A DNA stretch of 64,000 bases, from positions 806,001 through 870,000 of the forward strand of contig JASTWF010000048.1 in NCBI GenBank assembly GCA_030390025.1, given 5' to 3'. The notes below the pieces were generated by a model that saw nothing but the letters and a program-made list of their open reading frames with translations, was not told the DNA's origin and ran no database searches. The stretch's first letter is position 1. Each line of letters begins with the position of its first letter. This document shows, piece after piece, positions 50,150 through 63,128 of this stretch. Source of the stretch: Squalus acanthias (taxonomy: Eukaryota). The position numbers and the translations under genes are program-made.

Positions 50150-51025
50150 ATAAGAACTGCGCAAATAGGAGCAGGAGTCGGCCATTTTGCCCCTAGAGAC
50201 TGCTCCGCCATTCAATAACATCATGGCTGATCTTCTACCTCTTCTCCACTTTCCTGAACTATCCCCATATCCCTTGATCCCCTTAATATACAAAAAATTA
50301 TCGAGCTCTGCCTTGAACATATTCAAAGACTGAGCCTCCACAGCCCTCTGGGGTAGAGAATTCCAAAGATTCGCCATTCTCTGAGTAATGAACTTTCTCC
50401 TCATCTCGGTCCTAAATGGCGGTCCCCTTATTCTGAGACTAGGACCCCTGGTTCAAGACTCCCCAGCCAGGGGAATCATCCTCCCTGCATCTGCCCTGTT
50501 AGAATTTTGCAGGTTTCAATGAGATCTCCTCTCGTTCTTCGAATCTCTAGAGAATATAGCCCATGTCTACTCAATCTCTCCTTAGAGGACTATCCCCCCA
50601 CACGAGGAACCAGGCTGGTGAACCTTCGTTGCATTCCCTCTATGGCAAATATATCCTTCCTTAGGTAAGGAGACCAAAACTGTACTCCAGCTCTGGCCTC
50701 ACCAGGGCCCTATATAATTGCAGTAAGACGTCTTTACTCTTATACTCAAATCCTCTTGTAATAAAGGCCAACATACCATTTGCTTTGCTAATTGCTTGCT
50801 GTGCCTGCATGTTAACTTTCAGTGTATTGTGTACAAGGACACCCAGGTCCCTCTGAACACCAGCATTTCCCAATCACTCACTATTTAAAAAATACCCTGC
50901 TTTTCTATTTTTCCTACCAAAGTGGATAACTTCACATTTCTCCACATTGTATTCCATTTGCCATGTCCTTGCCCACTCACTTAGCCTGTCTATATCCCCT
51001 TGAAGCCTCCTTGCATCCTCCTCAC
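50150..51025 (-). mobile_element. CR1 LINE 3' fragment
   Basis: QRDLGVLVH..LLQLYRALVRP..NLWNSLPQ. Confidence 0.85.
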
Positions 51026-51186
51026 AACAAAGATAGAAACAATAATGGTGGCCAACTTAAAGATCGGGACGGAGGTCGTTGCCATGACGTAACTTCCGCT
51101 TATGACGTTCCATTTTGCATGCACTTAATCTGCGCCTTTCCCTTAAAGCCAGAACAACCAGAGGAATGTCTCTCAGATCCCCCGCA

Positions 51187-51560
51187 ATGTTGAGATTCAA
51201 TTACTTGGTCTTTGCTGTCTACATTCTGACGTTAAATATGTTCAAATGCATTCGCAATCACGGTTCTATACTTGTCGAACTAAAAAGGATAATAAATGAT
51301 CTAAATAATGCAATTCGTTAACGTCACAGCGGTGAAGTTATGGTCAAGCGATTAATCATTTGCAGACAGATGCAAGTTTGTAGATTTCGCGGTTACAATT
51401 GACAGTTGCATTTTTCCAGGTGCATGTAGAAATTAGGACAAATAATGAATTCTCACCTTACTTCCGGCAACTTCCATATCTATTGTCGAAGTTGTAACGT
51501 AAACCAACCTAATTCTTCCCTCTAATTCCTGTTTCCAGATGGTTCCCGGGCGATGTGGTG
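51187..51560 (+). pseudogene. Family-B relic V16: leader 51187-51235 (AT donor) and the first ~22 nt of the V exon, cut by a CR1 insertion (51560-51965)
   Basis: MLRFNYLVFAVYILTL; acceptor TTTCCAG at 51538 followed by ..TCCCGGGCGATGTG, homologous to 26811. Confidence 0.75.
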
Positions 51561-51961
51561 AGGGGATCTCATTGAAACTTATATAATTCTGACAAGACTA
51601 AACAGACTAGATGCAGGAAGGATGTTCCCGATGGCGGGGGAATCCAGAACCAGGGGGTCACAGTCTAAGGATAAGGGGTAAGCCATTTAGGACAGAAATG
51701 AGGAAGAATTTCTTCACCCAGAGAGTGGTGAACCTGTGGAATTCTCTACCACAGAAGGTAGTTGAGGCCAATTCATTAAATATATTCAATAATGAGTTAG
51801 ATATATTTCTTAAAGCTAAAGGGGTTCAAGGGATATGGGGAGAAAGCAGGGACAGGGTAATGAATTTGAATGATCAGCCATGATCTCATTAAATGGCGGA
51901 GCAGGCTCGAGGGGCCGAATGGCCTACCCCTGCTCCAATCTTCCATGCTTCTATGCTTCTA

Positions 51962-54170
51962 TGCTTAGGACACACATGGAGCATTGTGCACAGTTCTGTT
52001 CTTCATATACCTTTGTTAGACCAAACTTGGAGTACTGTGCAAATTTCTGGTCTCCGTATACCTTGGATAGAACAAACTTGGTGCACAGTGCACAGTTCTG
52101 GTCACCATATACCTTGTTTATAACACATTTGGAGCACTGTGCACAGTTCTGGTCTCCATATATTTATTTAATTCGCTTATGGGTTCTGGGCGTCGCTGGC
52201 AGCGCCAGCATTTATTGCCCATCCCTAGTTGCCCTAGAGAAGGTGCTGGTGAGCCGCCTTCTTGAACAGCTGCAGTCCACAGTGCTGTTAGGTAGGGAGT
52301 TCCAGTTTTTTGTCCCAGCGAGGATGAAGGATCGGCGATATACTTCTAAGTCAGGATGGTGTGTGACTTGGAGGCGAACTTGGAGGTGGTGATGTTCCCA
52401 TGCGCCTGCTGCTCTTGTCCTTCTAGGTGTAAGAGGTCGCGTGTATTGGCAGATGATGCCGAAGAAACCTTGGCAAGTTGTTGCAGTGTATCTTTTAGAT
52501 GGTACACACTGCAGCCACGGTGCACCGGTGGTGGAGGAAGTGAATGTTTAAGGTGGTGGATCGGGTGCCAATCAAACGGGCTGCTTTGTACTGGATGATT
52601 TCGACCTTCTTGAGTGTTGTTGCAGCTGCACTCATCCAGGCAAGTGGACAGTATTCCATTACATTCCTTAGTTGTGCCTTGTAGATGTTGGAGAGGCTGT
52701 TGGGAGTCAGGAGGTGAGACTCTATCCGCAGAATACCCAGCCTCTGACCTGCTCTTGCCACATTATTTATGTGGCTGTTCCAGTTAAGTTTCTGGTCAAT
52801 GTTGACCCCCAGATTGTTGATGGTGTGGGATTCGGCGATGGCAATGCCGTTGAATGTCGAGGGTGGGTGGTTAGCCTGTCGCTTTTTGGAGATAGTCAAT
52901 GCCTGGCACTTCTGTGGCGCGAATGATACCTGCCACTAATCAGTCCAAGCCTGAACGTCGTCCACGTTTTGTTGCATGAGGTCATGGACTGCTTCAATAT
53001 TTGATGAGTTGTGAATGGTGCTCAGCACTGTGCAGTGATCAGCGAACATCCCTATTTCTGAGCTTATGTTAGAGGGAAGGTCATTGATGACGCAGCTGAA
53101 GATGGTTGGGCCGAGGACACTGCCCTGAGGAACCCCTGCAGGGATGTCCTGGGGCTGTGATGATTCAACTTCAATCACCTCAACCATCTTCCTTTGTGTT
53201 TGGTATGACTCCACCCAGTGAAGCGTTTTCCTCCTGATTCCCATTGACTTCAGTTTTACCAGAGCTCCTTGAAGCCACACTCGGTCAAATGCTGCCTTAA
53301 TGTCAAGGTCAGTCACTCTCACCTCATCTGTGGAATTCAACTCCTTTGCCTATGTCTGGACCAAGGCTGTAATGAGGTCGGGAGCCGAGTGATCTCAGCA
53401 GAACCCAAACTGGGCATCAGTGGCCAGGACTCCATATACGTTGGTTTGACCATACTTGGAGGATTATGCACAGTTCTGGTCAGAATATACCTTAGTTAGA
53501 ACACACTTGAAGCGCTGTGCACAGTTCCGGTCTCCATATAACTTGATAAGACCACACTTGGTGTATTTTGCACAGATCTAGTCTCCATACATCTTGGTTA
53601 CACCACACCTGGAGCATTGTATACAGTCCTGGCCTCCATAAATCTTGGTTAGACCACACTTGGAGCACTGTGCACAGATCAGGTCCCCATATACTTCAGT
53701 TATACCAAACTAAGAGCACTGGGCACAATTTTGGTCCCCATATACCTTGATTAGAACACACATGGAGCAATGTGCACAGTTCTGGTCTCCATAAACCTTG
53801 GTTAGACCACACTTGGAATAATATGCGCTGTTCTGGTCTACATATACCTTGGTTAGACCACACTTGGAGTACTGTGCACAGTTCTGGTCTGCATAAAACT
53901 TGGTTACACCACTCTTGGAGATTTTTGCACAGTTCTTGTCTCCATATATCTTGTTTAGATCACACTTGGAGTACTGTGCACAGTTCTGGTCTCCATATAA
54001 CTTGGTTACATCGCACCTGGAGCATTGTGCACAGTTCTGGTCTCAATATATATTGGTTATATTACACTTAGACTACTCTGTGCAGATCTGGTTTGCATAT
54101 ATTTCCATGCGAAGATACTTAGAACACTTTGTAAAGTTCTGGTTTCGATATATCTTGACTAGAAGACACT
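51962..54170 (+). repeat. 51-bp minisatellite (51962-52160 and 53430-54170) split by a LINE insertion
   Basis: Same unit on both sides of 52160-53425. Confidence 0.85.
52160..53425 (-). mobile_element. LINE RT fragment (second family)
   Basis: LDIKAAFDRVW..GVPQGSVLGP..MFADH. Confidence 0.85.
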
Positions 54171-54700
54171 GTTTGGTGACCTGATAGAGATCTTTAGAAT
54201 AATGAACGATTTTGAGGGGTAGGCTTAGAGAAGATGTTACCACTTGTGGGGAGACCAAATCTATGGGCCATAGTAAAGAACTGTCAAAAATAAATCTAAA
54301 AAGGAATTCAGGACAAACGTCTTTGCACAGTGAGTACAGACAATTTGCAGCTTGCTATCACATGGAGTAGTTTAGGCTAATAACATAGATGCATTTAAGT
54401 GGAAGCTGGATCATCACATGAGCGAAAATGAATAGAAAGTTATGCTGATAGGGGGAGATGATATAAGTTGGTAGGAAGCCCGTGTGGCACTGTAAACACC
54501 GGCAGAGAGCGTTTGGTCCGAATTACCCGATTCCCTGCAGTAACGTCGATGTAATTGTATGCAACAAGCGTCAGCGTCTTTTCGAGTGCAGAAAACAATT
54601 GGAAGCAGGATCAATTTCCCGACAGGACTTGAAAATGTCTACGATTTCGGTTAAACAAGGAAAACCTCAAAACGCCTTTGCTTATAGTTGTACGTTCTAG

Positions 54701-54714
54701 CCACGAGGTGGCGC
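54701..54714 (+). promoter_or_regulatory. CTCF motif, with a CRE decamer AGTGACGTCA at 54885-54894
   Basis: CCACGAGGTGGCGC. Confidence 0.65.
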
Positions 54715-55797
54715 TGTTTCTCTATTGTATTCGGTGCCACGACCTGCTTTGGCACCGATTAAGCAATACCGCCGCACATCTACAAGTCCCCTTGATGGCC
54801 AGCTCCCCTGGTTCTTTAATCCTTTAACGTTCCGACCATTTTGCACCAAAATGCAGTTCGACTTCCTCATGTCTGCTCTTTTATAGTGACGTCAAAATGA
54901 GCAGCGCCTGTTACCAATGAATCATCACCGTGTTTCTTTCAGAGCATGTTTGATTTTCAACAGGAGCTTAATAAACTGCACAAGCGAAGAGAGAGTGAAA
55001 GAGGAAAAAGAGTTAACGAAAAAGGTGAGAAAGAAAAAAGCGAGAAACAAAGAAAGCAGCAAAGAAATGCAGTACAGAAGGCAAAGAGAATGAGAGAGAT
55101 TTAAAGAGAGAAAGAAAGAGAGCGAGGGAAAGTTAATTCTGCACCGAAACAAACATCATCAAATTCAGATAGCAAATTCTTTGTTCGAATATTATTATTT
55201 CCTGTTATTTGTGTTTAATTGCTGTAGAGGCGATTGCAAATGTTTGATGCAGTTTCCGGCTCTGACACTATGCCAATCAAACTGAAGCGGACTTATGCTG
55301 AACCTGGACTGTTTGCAAAACTAGCAGCAACCTGATTACATCTTCCACCACGATGCAATTCAATTTTCTCCAACATAATCCTCATTCATTACTGGTGCCG
55401 TGTCAAAATCGACGTGAGCAGCAACTTTCTCACATATTTTACGTTTTGTTTTTATTTCTCAAAAATGAGAAACGTTTTTCCCCAGACCCAGATGGAAGCT
55501 GGTGTCGAAACCTGGACATCGCACCGTAGGAATTATTTCAAGGCCATACAGTGCTGCAGGGGAGAGGTAGCAACATTTTTCCAGAGGGAGAGAGACCAGA
55601 GAAGCTTGGAGGAGGCGGGTTTGTTAGTTAGGGACCAGCAGCTGTCAATCAGACCGTAAGGGGGCGCGTATTCAAGTGAGCGGGCAGCAGCTGTCAATCA
55701 ACTGAACTGCAGCGTCACAAAGCCGCTACTCGGCCGCCGGGAGCGCACATTCTTGCACAATTCTGGTCCGTTTCTCTTCTGCAAACTGTTAAATAAA

Positions 55798-56276
55798 GTG
55801 CATTTAAACCGGTGTCTGTTGTCTGCGCTGCTGTTGCACAGTAAGTCTGTCTCTGAAGTGCCTGTGCGGAGTTTAGCTCCAAATGTCAGCGACCCGTTTG
55901 TTTTAACCGAATTATTTCCCTCTTATCTGTAGGTGTAGCGAGCGACACAGTACAGCAAAGTCCGTTTGTAAGCTCCAAAAGCCTGCACTCCCCGCTGCAG
56001 ATCCGCTGTTCTGCGGAGGGTTCCTTCAGCTCAGTGTTTTCGTGGTACCGCCAGCTCCCAGACGGACAGATGTTGCTGCTCTTCTACTTTCCCAACTCCG
56101 ACAGCATCGAGCCGGCGGGAGAGCTGGACGGTTTCACCCCCTCTAGACTCGACCACTCCACCTTCCACCTGTAAACGACCCGCCTGCGAGCGAAGCACTC
56201 GGGGGTGTAGTACTGCGCCTGCAACCTTCACAGTGACACAAGTATCCGGGGTGGGGGGCGGGGTGCAACAAAATCC
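55798..56276 (+). pseudogene. TRBV: V17 (family C) pseudogene. Leader 55798-55840 (ATG to GTG), V exon 55933-56228
   Basis: TAA and TAG in FR3; RSS spacer expanded to 32 nt by a G-rich run (CACAGTG 56229, ACAAAATCC 56268). Confidence 0.9.
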
Positions 56277-56557
56277 CGGTGCAGCAGAAAACGGGCCGCT
56301 GCTTTGCTGGGCGTGGAGTCAACGCAGAGGGTGCATGATAATGGACAGCAGGTTTTAGATACAGGGTCACCACGGATAAGATATGGGATCTCCACGGGAT
56401 AGATACAGAGTAAAGCCCATCATTCACTGATTAAATACAAAATAAAACCCTTCACTCACTCGTCAGATACAGAGTGTGAAGACCATCGCTCACAAGTTAG
56501 ACACAGCGTAAAGCATCTCACTCACTGGTGCGATTCAGAATGAGTCAGAGAGAGAAT

Positions 56558-57319
56558 GGCCCAGAAATTCGACTGTGAGTCTTGCAGCGGGGGTAAGGAT
56601 CCCCCGCGATATCGCACTCCGCGCCGGCCATTGTGTTCCGGGCCCACACGAACTTCAGCTCCTGGGCCTCTCCCTGGTGCCGGCACGCAGTGTGTGCGGG
56701 TCCCAGAAGCGCAGTTAGTTCGATGCGACCTCTGGGATCACGTGGGGCATGGAGAGTCAATGGCAGCACACCATCTTGCATTCATAGAATTGACAGGAGA
56801 ACTGTCAAAACTATTAATAAAAAATGCCCCTAAAAGAACAGCTAAACCTCAAATAAATTAAAAAAAAACATCACATTAATAAAATAACTATAGTTAAATA
56901 AATTAACCACTTTAAACAAAAATTTAAATTTTTGAAAAAGTTTAAATTCTTTTTAAAAGTTATAAAAATAAACTTACCTTTCTTTAAAGTCTCTAAAAAA
57001 GATAAACCTGTTGAAAAAAATTTAAAATAATACTTAATTAACTACTTACCTTGTTAAAAGGGGATCTTACTCCTCCTTTCTTCATGTGTAAAATCTTCCA
57101 AACTTACCTTCGCGTTGAAACCTGAAAAGATACAAAAGTGCGCTGCGTGCGCACAGCCTGTAGTTTGCACGCGGTTCATTTAGGAACCGCCCCCTTCGCC
57201 ATACCCGAAGTGCCGGTTTCCCGCGCATGCGCAGTGCATGCAGGAAACCGGCACTTCGGGACTGAAGACGCGAGAGTACACAGTTCGTACTCTCCCGTAT
57301 TCAGCCAAATGTTTGGGCC
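56558..57319 (-). mobile_element. Harbinger-like MITE, independent inverted insertion upstream of V18
   Basis: AAT TSD (56555-56557 and 57320-57322); TIRs GGCCCAGAAATT../..AATGTTTGGGCC; empty site at ~63490. Confidence 0.75.
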
Positions 57320-57613
57320 AATATAACTCCCCGTTCCTCATTCGCTCACCATCACTTCCATCTCCGATGAAGCCTCCGTGTTGTTACAGTTTGAAAGAAC
57401 CCCAGACTCCGCCATCAAAGGGAGCAGACAGACCGCGGATGACCGGGGGATCTCATTAGCCCCGACCCGGAAATGATCAGCCCGATGTGGGAGCCAATGA
57501 ATATGTGAAGTGAGATTGGCCCCACCCATCGGAACAGTCAACATTGGAGATGAGGGGACAGTAAATTCCACTCAGTGCCCAGAACTTGGAGATATTCTTC
57601 AATAAAACGGTTC

Positions 57614-57623
57614 AGTGACATCA
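57614..57623 (+). promoter_or_regulatory. TCR V-beta promoter decamer (CRE-like) AGTGACATCA
   Basis: Starts 44 nt upstream of the V18 ATG; identical at 63783; variants at 21814, 31656 and 44688. Confidence 0.7.
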
Positions 57624-57657
57624 CACAATAAACATTCGGAACTTTCTCTCTGCAGAG

Positions 57658-58506
57658 ATGGCTGTTTCTCAGCTCTGGATTGTGTTGTTGGTGTTAACGG
57701 GTAAAGATGGATCTGAGCGATTCTCACTTTTATTTCCACCTGTGTCCCCTTTGGGATTAACCCACTCCTTGGCAATTTCAATGAAAGCGTTGGTGTTGAT
57801 TCTCTATCCCTCGGTTTACATGTACCTGCCTCCGTTTCGCTTTCAGTCTGTCTCTCTGTCTGTCTCTCTTCCTCTCTCTGGCGCTCTTTCTCTCTTTATC
57901 TCTGTGTTGTCTCACTCTCTGTCTGTCTGTCTCTGTGTCTCTTCCATTCTCTCTTTGTCTCACTCTTTCTCTTCCTTTGCTTTCTCTCCGCTTGTACTCC
58001 TTCACGTCAGCTGTTTTTTCTCTCCTTTTTCAATCTCTGTATCTCTCTCTGTGTCTCTCGCTCTTTCTGTCTCCCTCTGTATCACTGCGACTGTACCTCC
58101 CTGAACAAACCTCTCTCTCGCTCTCCCATCTTGTGCATTTTCATGGCGGGTGTCGATCTATCCATTGTCACTGAGTTTACCTCTATCTCTTTCCCTCTGT
58201 TTTACAGATGTGGGGGCCGTGCTGATACAACAGACCCCCGCTTCCATATCCAGTTCCCCGGGCACCCAAGTTACCATCGAGTGCCTTTACACAGAAGCAG
58301 CAGCTGGCTCCGTTTTCTACTGGTACCGCTGGCATCCTGACCGGGAGCCTCAGAACCTTTTCTATGCCAACATCCCCGAAACGGTCACTCCCTCCGATCA
58401 GCTGGACGGTTTCACCGCCAGGAGACCCGACCACTCCCACTTCTTCCTGGAGTCCACCAGTTTGCGGGCAAATAACTCGGCCGTCTATTACTGCGCTTGG
58501 AGTCTG
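57658..58506 (+). CDS. TRBV: V18 (family D), apparently functional. Leader 57658-57700, V exon 58208-58506, RSS 58507-58545
   Basis: MAVSQLWIVLLVLT|GTAAAG; YYCAWSL; CACAGTG-23-ACAAAAACC. Confidence 0.92.
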
Positions 58507-58599
58507 CACAGTGACTCAGAGAGATGGAGGAGCTCTACAAAAACCCCGAAGCGGCAGAAAATAACGGTGGGAAATAGATCTGTCTTTTTGTCTCTGCGT

Positions 58600-59542
58600 C
58601 ATAGTGTCACAGAAACATAACGGCACATAAGGAGGCCTTCGGCCCATCGAGTCCCTGCCTGATCTCTGTAGAGCAATCCATTCAGTCCCATTCCCCCCGC
58701 TCTCTCCCCGTAGCCCTGCAAGTTTATTTCCCTCAAGTGCCTATCCTGTCTCCCCTTGAAATCATTGAGTGTCTTCGCTTCCACCACTTCCGTCGGCAGC
58801 TAGTTCCTGGTCCTCACCACTCGCTGCATACATTTTTTTCCCTCACCTCCACCCTGTATCTCTTGCGCAAAATCTTACATTTGTTGTCCCCTAGTCCTTG
58901 TACCATCAATTAGTGGGAACAGCCTTTCCCCGTCTAGCCTATCCACACCCTTCATAATCTTGTACACTTCTATCAAATCACCCCTCAACCTCCTTTGCTC
59001 GAATGAAAACAAATCCAGCTTCTCCAAACTGTCCTTGCAGCTATGATCCCCGGAACCATTCTTTTAAATATCCTCTGCACCCTCTCAAGGGCCTTCACAT
59101 CCTTCCTAAAGTGTGGATACCAGAACTGGACGTTAAACTCCAGTTGTGGCCTAACCAGCGCTTTATAACGGTTCAGCATAACTCATCTACTTTTGCACTC
59201 AATACCTCTATTTAAGAAGCCCAAGATCCCATATGCTTTGCTGACCACTTTCTCAATATATCCTGCCACCTTCAGGGACCTATGCACATTAACTCCCATG
59301 TCCCTCTGTCCCCGCACACACTTCAAAACTGTGCCAAAAATTGTATATTGCACTGTTCCTTCTGCCAAAATGCATCGCATCACACTTCTCTGTATTAAGT
59401 TCCATCTGCAACTTGTCTGCCCATTCTGTTAGCCTTTCTATCTCCTGTTTCAGTCGATTGGTATCATCATCACTGTTTGCCACGCCCCCAAGTTTGCAGT
59501 CATCGGCAAATTTAGAAATTCTACTCTGTATTCCAATATCCA
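58600..59542 (-). mobile_element. CR1 LINE 3' fragment
   Basis: ISKFADD..YKALVRPQLE..LERVQR. Confidence 0.85.
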
Positions 59543-60494
59543 GTCTGTCTGTGTGTCTCTTCATCAATCCATCCATCTATCTGGCAACGATCTATCTATC
59601 GAAAGCTCATCTATCTGCCTAAATAACTATCTATATAGCATCTCTCTATCGATGTATCTATCTATCCATCTATTTATCTACTGCTACTCTGTACATCATG
59701 TTGTATGAAAATTGATATACATAGGATTGAATTTGTATTGATATAGATTCATCGTCTCACTCTCTTTCACTTCAGATTATTTCAATACTGTATCAAGGTT
59801 TCGGATGACATCCTCGTTGAGGTATCCTTTACATTTTAACAACAGATCATGACGTGTGGTAAATGGGTTAGTGTAAGTGTTGAATGAACGACCGGTGTAA
59901 TATTAGAGGGAGTTACGCATAGCTCCCGACTATACCAATGTTTCTCAAGCTCACGCTATCAGAGGACGTGCTTATCCCATATGTTATTTTCGCTATCGCA
60001 ATAGCGACGAGCGCTGCGCTCATTATCGCAGAATCATAGAATGAAACAGCACAGAAGGTGGCCATTCGGTCCATCGTGCCTGTGTTGGCTCTTTGAATGA
60101 GCTATCCAATTATTCACTTGCCTTTGACCCGTTCCCCAGCACCCTGAAAGGATTTCCCCTTGAAGTATGTTTCCAATTCGTTTTTGAAAGTTACAATTGA
60201 ATCTGCTCCCAACACGCTTTCAGGCAGCGCATTCCACATTATAACAACTTGTTGCGTACAGAAGTTCAACTCATCACGGGCTCTGGTTCTTTAGGTAATT
60301 ACCTTAACTCAGTGTCCTCTAGTTTTCTTGCAGTAACGTCGATGTAATTTTATGTAGCAAGCTTCAGCGTCCGAAGGAGGGGATAAATTAATTGGAAGCA
60401 GGATCAATTATCCGACACGAACTGAAAATGCCTACGATATCGGTTGTACTGGGAAAACCTCAAAACCTCAGTTGCTTATAGTTGTAAGTTCTAG

Positions 60495-60508
60495 CCACTA
60501 GGTGGCGG
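60495..60508 (+). promoter_or_regulatory. CTCF motif
   Basis: CCACTAGGTGGCGG. Confidence 0.65.
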
Positions 60509-60869
60509 TGTATCTCCATAGAATCCTGTGCCACAAAATGCTTTGGCACCGAATGAGGAATCGCGCCGCAGATCTACGACTCCCCTTAATGATCAACTCC
60601 GCTGGTGCTGTAACCCTTTCACGTTCCGATCATTTTGCACCAAAATGCAGTTAGACTTCCTCACGTCTGCTCTTTTATAGTGACGTGACATGAGAAGCGC
60701 CTGTAAATCAATGAGCATTGTATTTCTCACACTGCTTGTTTGAGTTGCATCAGGAACTTAATAAACTGCACATTGTGATTGATTAAATAAGAAGGACAGG
60801 AAGGAAGCGAAGGGAGAGGGAAAGAAGGCAAAGCTTTAATGAAAAAGGTGAGAAAGAAACAAGGGAGAA

Positions 60870-61930
60870 CGATAAACGGATAATTTTCAGGTTGTCAGGC
60901 AGTAAATAGTGGGATGCAGCAAGGATCAGTGTTGGGCCTCAGCTATTTATAATCAATATTAATGTCCTAGATGAAGGGACCGAGTGTAATGTATCCAAGA
61001 TTGATGATGATACAAACCTAGGTGGGACAGTAAGCTGTGAGGAGAACACAAAGAGACTACAAAGGGTTATAGATAGACTTATTGAGTGGACAGTAAGGTG
61101 GCAGATGGAGTATAATGTCGGGAAATGTGAGGTTATTTACTTTGATAGGAAGAATAGAAAAACAGATTATTTTTAAATGGTGAGAAACTTTCAAATGATG
61201 GTGTTCAGAGAGCTTTGGGTGTCCTCGTGCAATACACCCAGAACGTTTTCATGCAGGAACAGCAAGCAATACGGAAGGCAAATAGCATGTTGGCCTTTAT
61301 TGCAAGGGGGTTGCAGTCTCAGAGTAAGGAAGTCTTGCTACAATTGTACAGGGCCTTGGTGAGACCACACCTGGAGTACTGTGCACAGTTCTGGTCTCCT
61401 TATCTAAGGAAGGATATACTTGCCTTGGAGGCGGTGCAACGAATGTTCACTAGATTGATTCCTGGGATGAGAGGGCTGTCCTATGATGAGAGATTGTGTA
61501 GAATGCTACTATACTCTCTGGAGTTTAGAAGAATGAGAGGTGACCTCATTTAAACATACAAGATTCTCAATGGGATGGACAGGGTAGATGCTGAGATGAT
61601 GTCGCCCCTGACCGGAGTGTCTAGAACTAGGGGGCATAGTCTCAGGATAAGGGGTAGGCCATTTAAGACTAAGATGAGGAAGAATTTCTTCACTCAGAGG
61701 GTTGTGAATCTTTGGAATTCTCTGCCCCAGAGGTCTATGAATGCTGAGTCTTTGAGTATATTCAAGGCTGAGATAGACAGATAATTAAACTCTAGGGAAA
61801 TCAAGGGATATGGAGATCGAGCGGGAAAGTGGAGTTGAGGTCGATGATCGGCCATTATCTTATTGAATGGCGGAGAACGCTCGAGAGGCCGTATGGCCGA
61901 CTCCTGCTCTTAATTATTATGTTCTTATGA
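60870..61930 (+). mobile_element. CR1 LINE 3' fragment
   Basis: LLQLYRALVRPHLEYCAQFWSPYL..FFTQRVVNLWNSLP; TTATG tail. Confidence 0.88.
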
Positions 61931-62696
61931 AAGAAAGCAGCAAAGAAAGACAGTAAAGAATGCAAAAAGATGGAGAGAGATTTAAAGAGAGAGGAAGAAA
62001 TAGAGCGAGAGGAAGATAATTCTGCAGCAAATCAAACACAATCAAAATCAGATGGCAAATTCTCTGGACAAACATCATTATTTCCTGTTAACTGTGTTTA
62101 TTTGCTGTAGGGGCGATTGCAATTGTTTGTTGCTACTCCCGGCTCTGACACTATGCCAATCAAACTGAAGCCGATTTATACTGACCCGGAACTGTTTGCA
62201 AAACCAGCAGCCACCTGATTACGTCTTCCACCACGATTCGTTTCCATTTTCTCCAAAATGCTGCTCATACCTTTCTGATGCCGTGTCAGAATCGACGTGA
62301 TCTATACATTTCGCACAGTATTCGTTCAGTTTTTATTTAAAAAAATTGAGAAACGCTTTTCTCCAGCCCCAGGAAACAGGTGTCCAAACCAGGGCATCGC
62401 AACTTAGGAAGGATTTCAAGGCCAGACAGAGCTTGCAGGGGAGATGTACCACAATTTTTCCAGAGGGTGAGTGACCTCAGTAATTTGGAGAGACCAGAGA
62501 AGCTGGGAGAAGGCGGGGTTGAGAGTGAGGGACCAACAGCATTCAATCAGACTGTAAGGGGGCGGGCACAGAAGTGAGAGGGCAGCATCTGTCAATCAAA
62601 CTGAACTGCAGCATCATAAAGCCGCTACTCGACCGCCCGGAGCGCACATTCTTGGTTAGTCCCGGTCCGTTTCTCTTCTGCAAACTGTTAATGATA

Positions 62697-63128
62697 ATGT
62701 ATTTATCCCGGTGTCTGTTGTCTGCGCTGCTGTTGCACAGTAAGTCTCTCTCTGAAGTGCCTGGGCGAAGTTTAAGCAGCAAATGCCAGCGACCCGTTTG
62801 TTCTAACCGAATTATTTTCCTCTTATCTGTAGGTGTAGCGAGCGACAAAGTAAAGCAAAGTCCGTTTGTAATCTCCGATTCCCTGCACTCCCCGCTGCAG
62901 ATCCGCTGTTCTGCGGCGGGTTCCTTTAGCTCAGTATTTTCGTGGTACCGCCAGCTCCCAGACGGACAGCTGTTGCTGCTCTTCTACTCTCCCAACTCCG
63001 ACAGCATCGAGCCGGCGGGAGAGCTGGACGGTTTCACCGCCTCTAGACTCGACTCCTCCACCTTCCACCTGCAAACGACCGGCCTGCGAGCGAAGCACTC
63101 GGGGGTGTATTACTGCGCCTGGAGCCTT
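62697..63128 (+). CDS. TRBV: V19 (family C), apparently functional. Leader 62697-62739, V exon 62833-63128, RSS 63129-63167
   Basis: MYLSRCLLSALLLH|GTAAGT; YYCAWSL; CACAGTG-23-ACAAAAACC. Confidence 0.92.

Larger units (their letters stand above)
24940..50718 (+). repeat. Recent ~13-kb tandem segmental duplication (24940-37944 and 37946-50718)
   Basis: Collinear V genes, MITE, minisatellite and palindrome, offset 12.8-13.0 kb; junction at ~37945 joins a truncated CR1 to a SINE tail. Confidence 0.9.
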
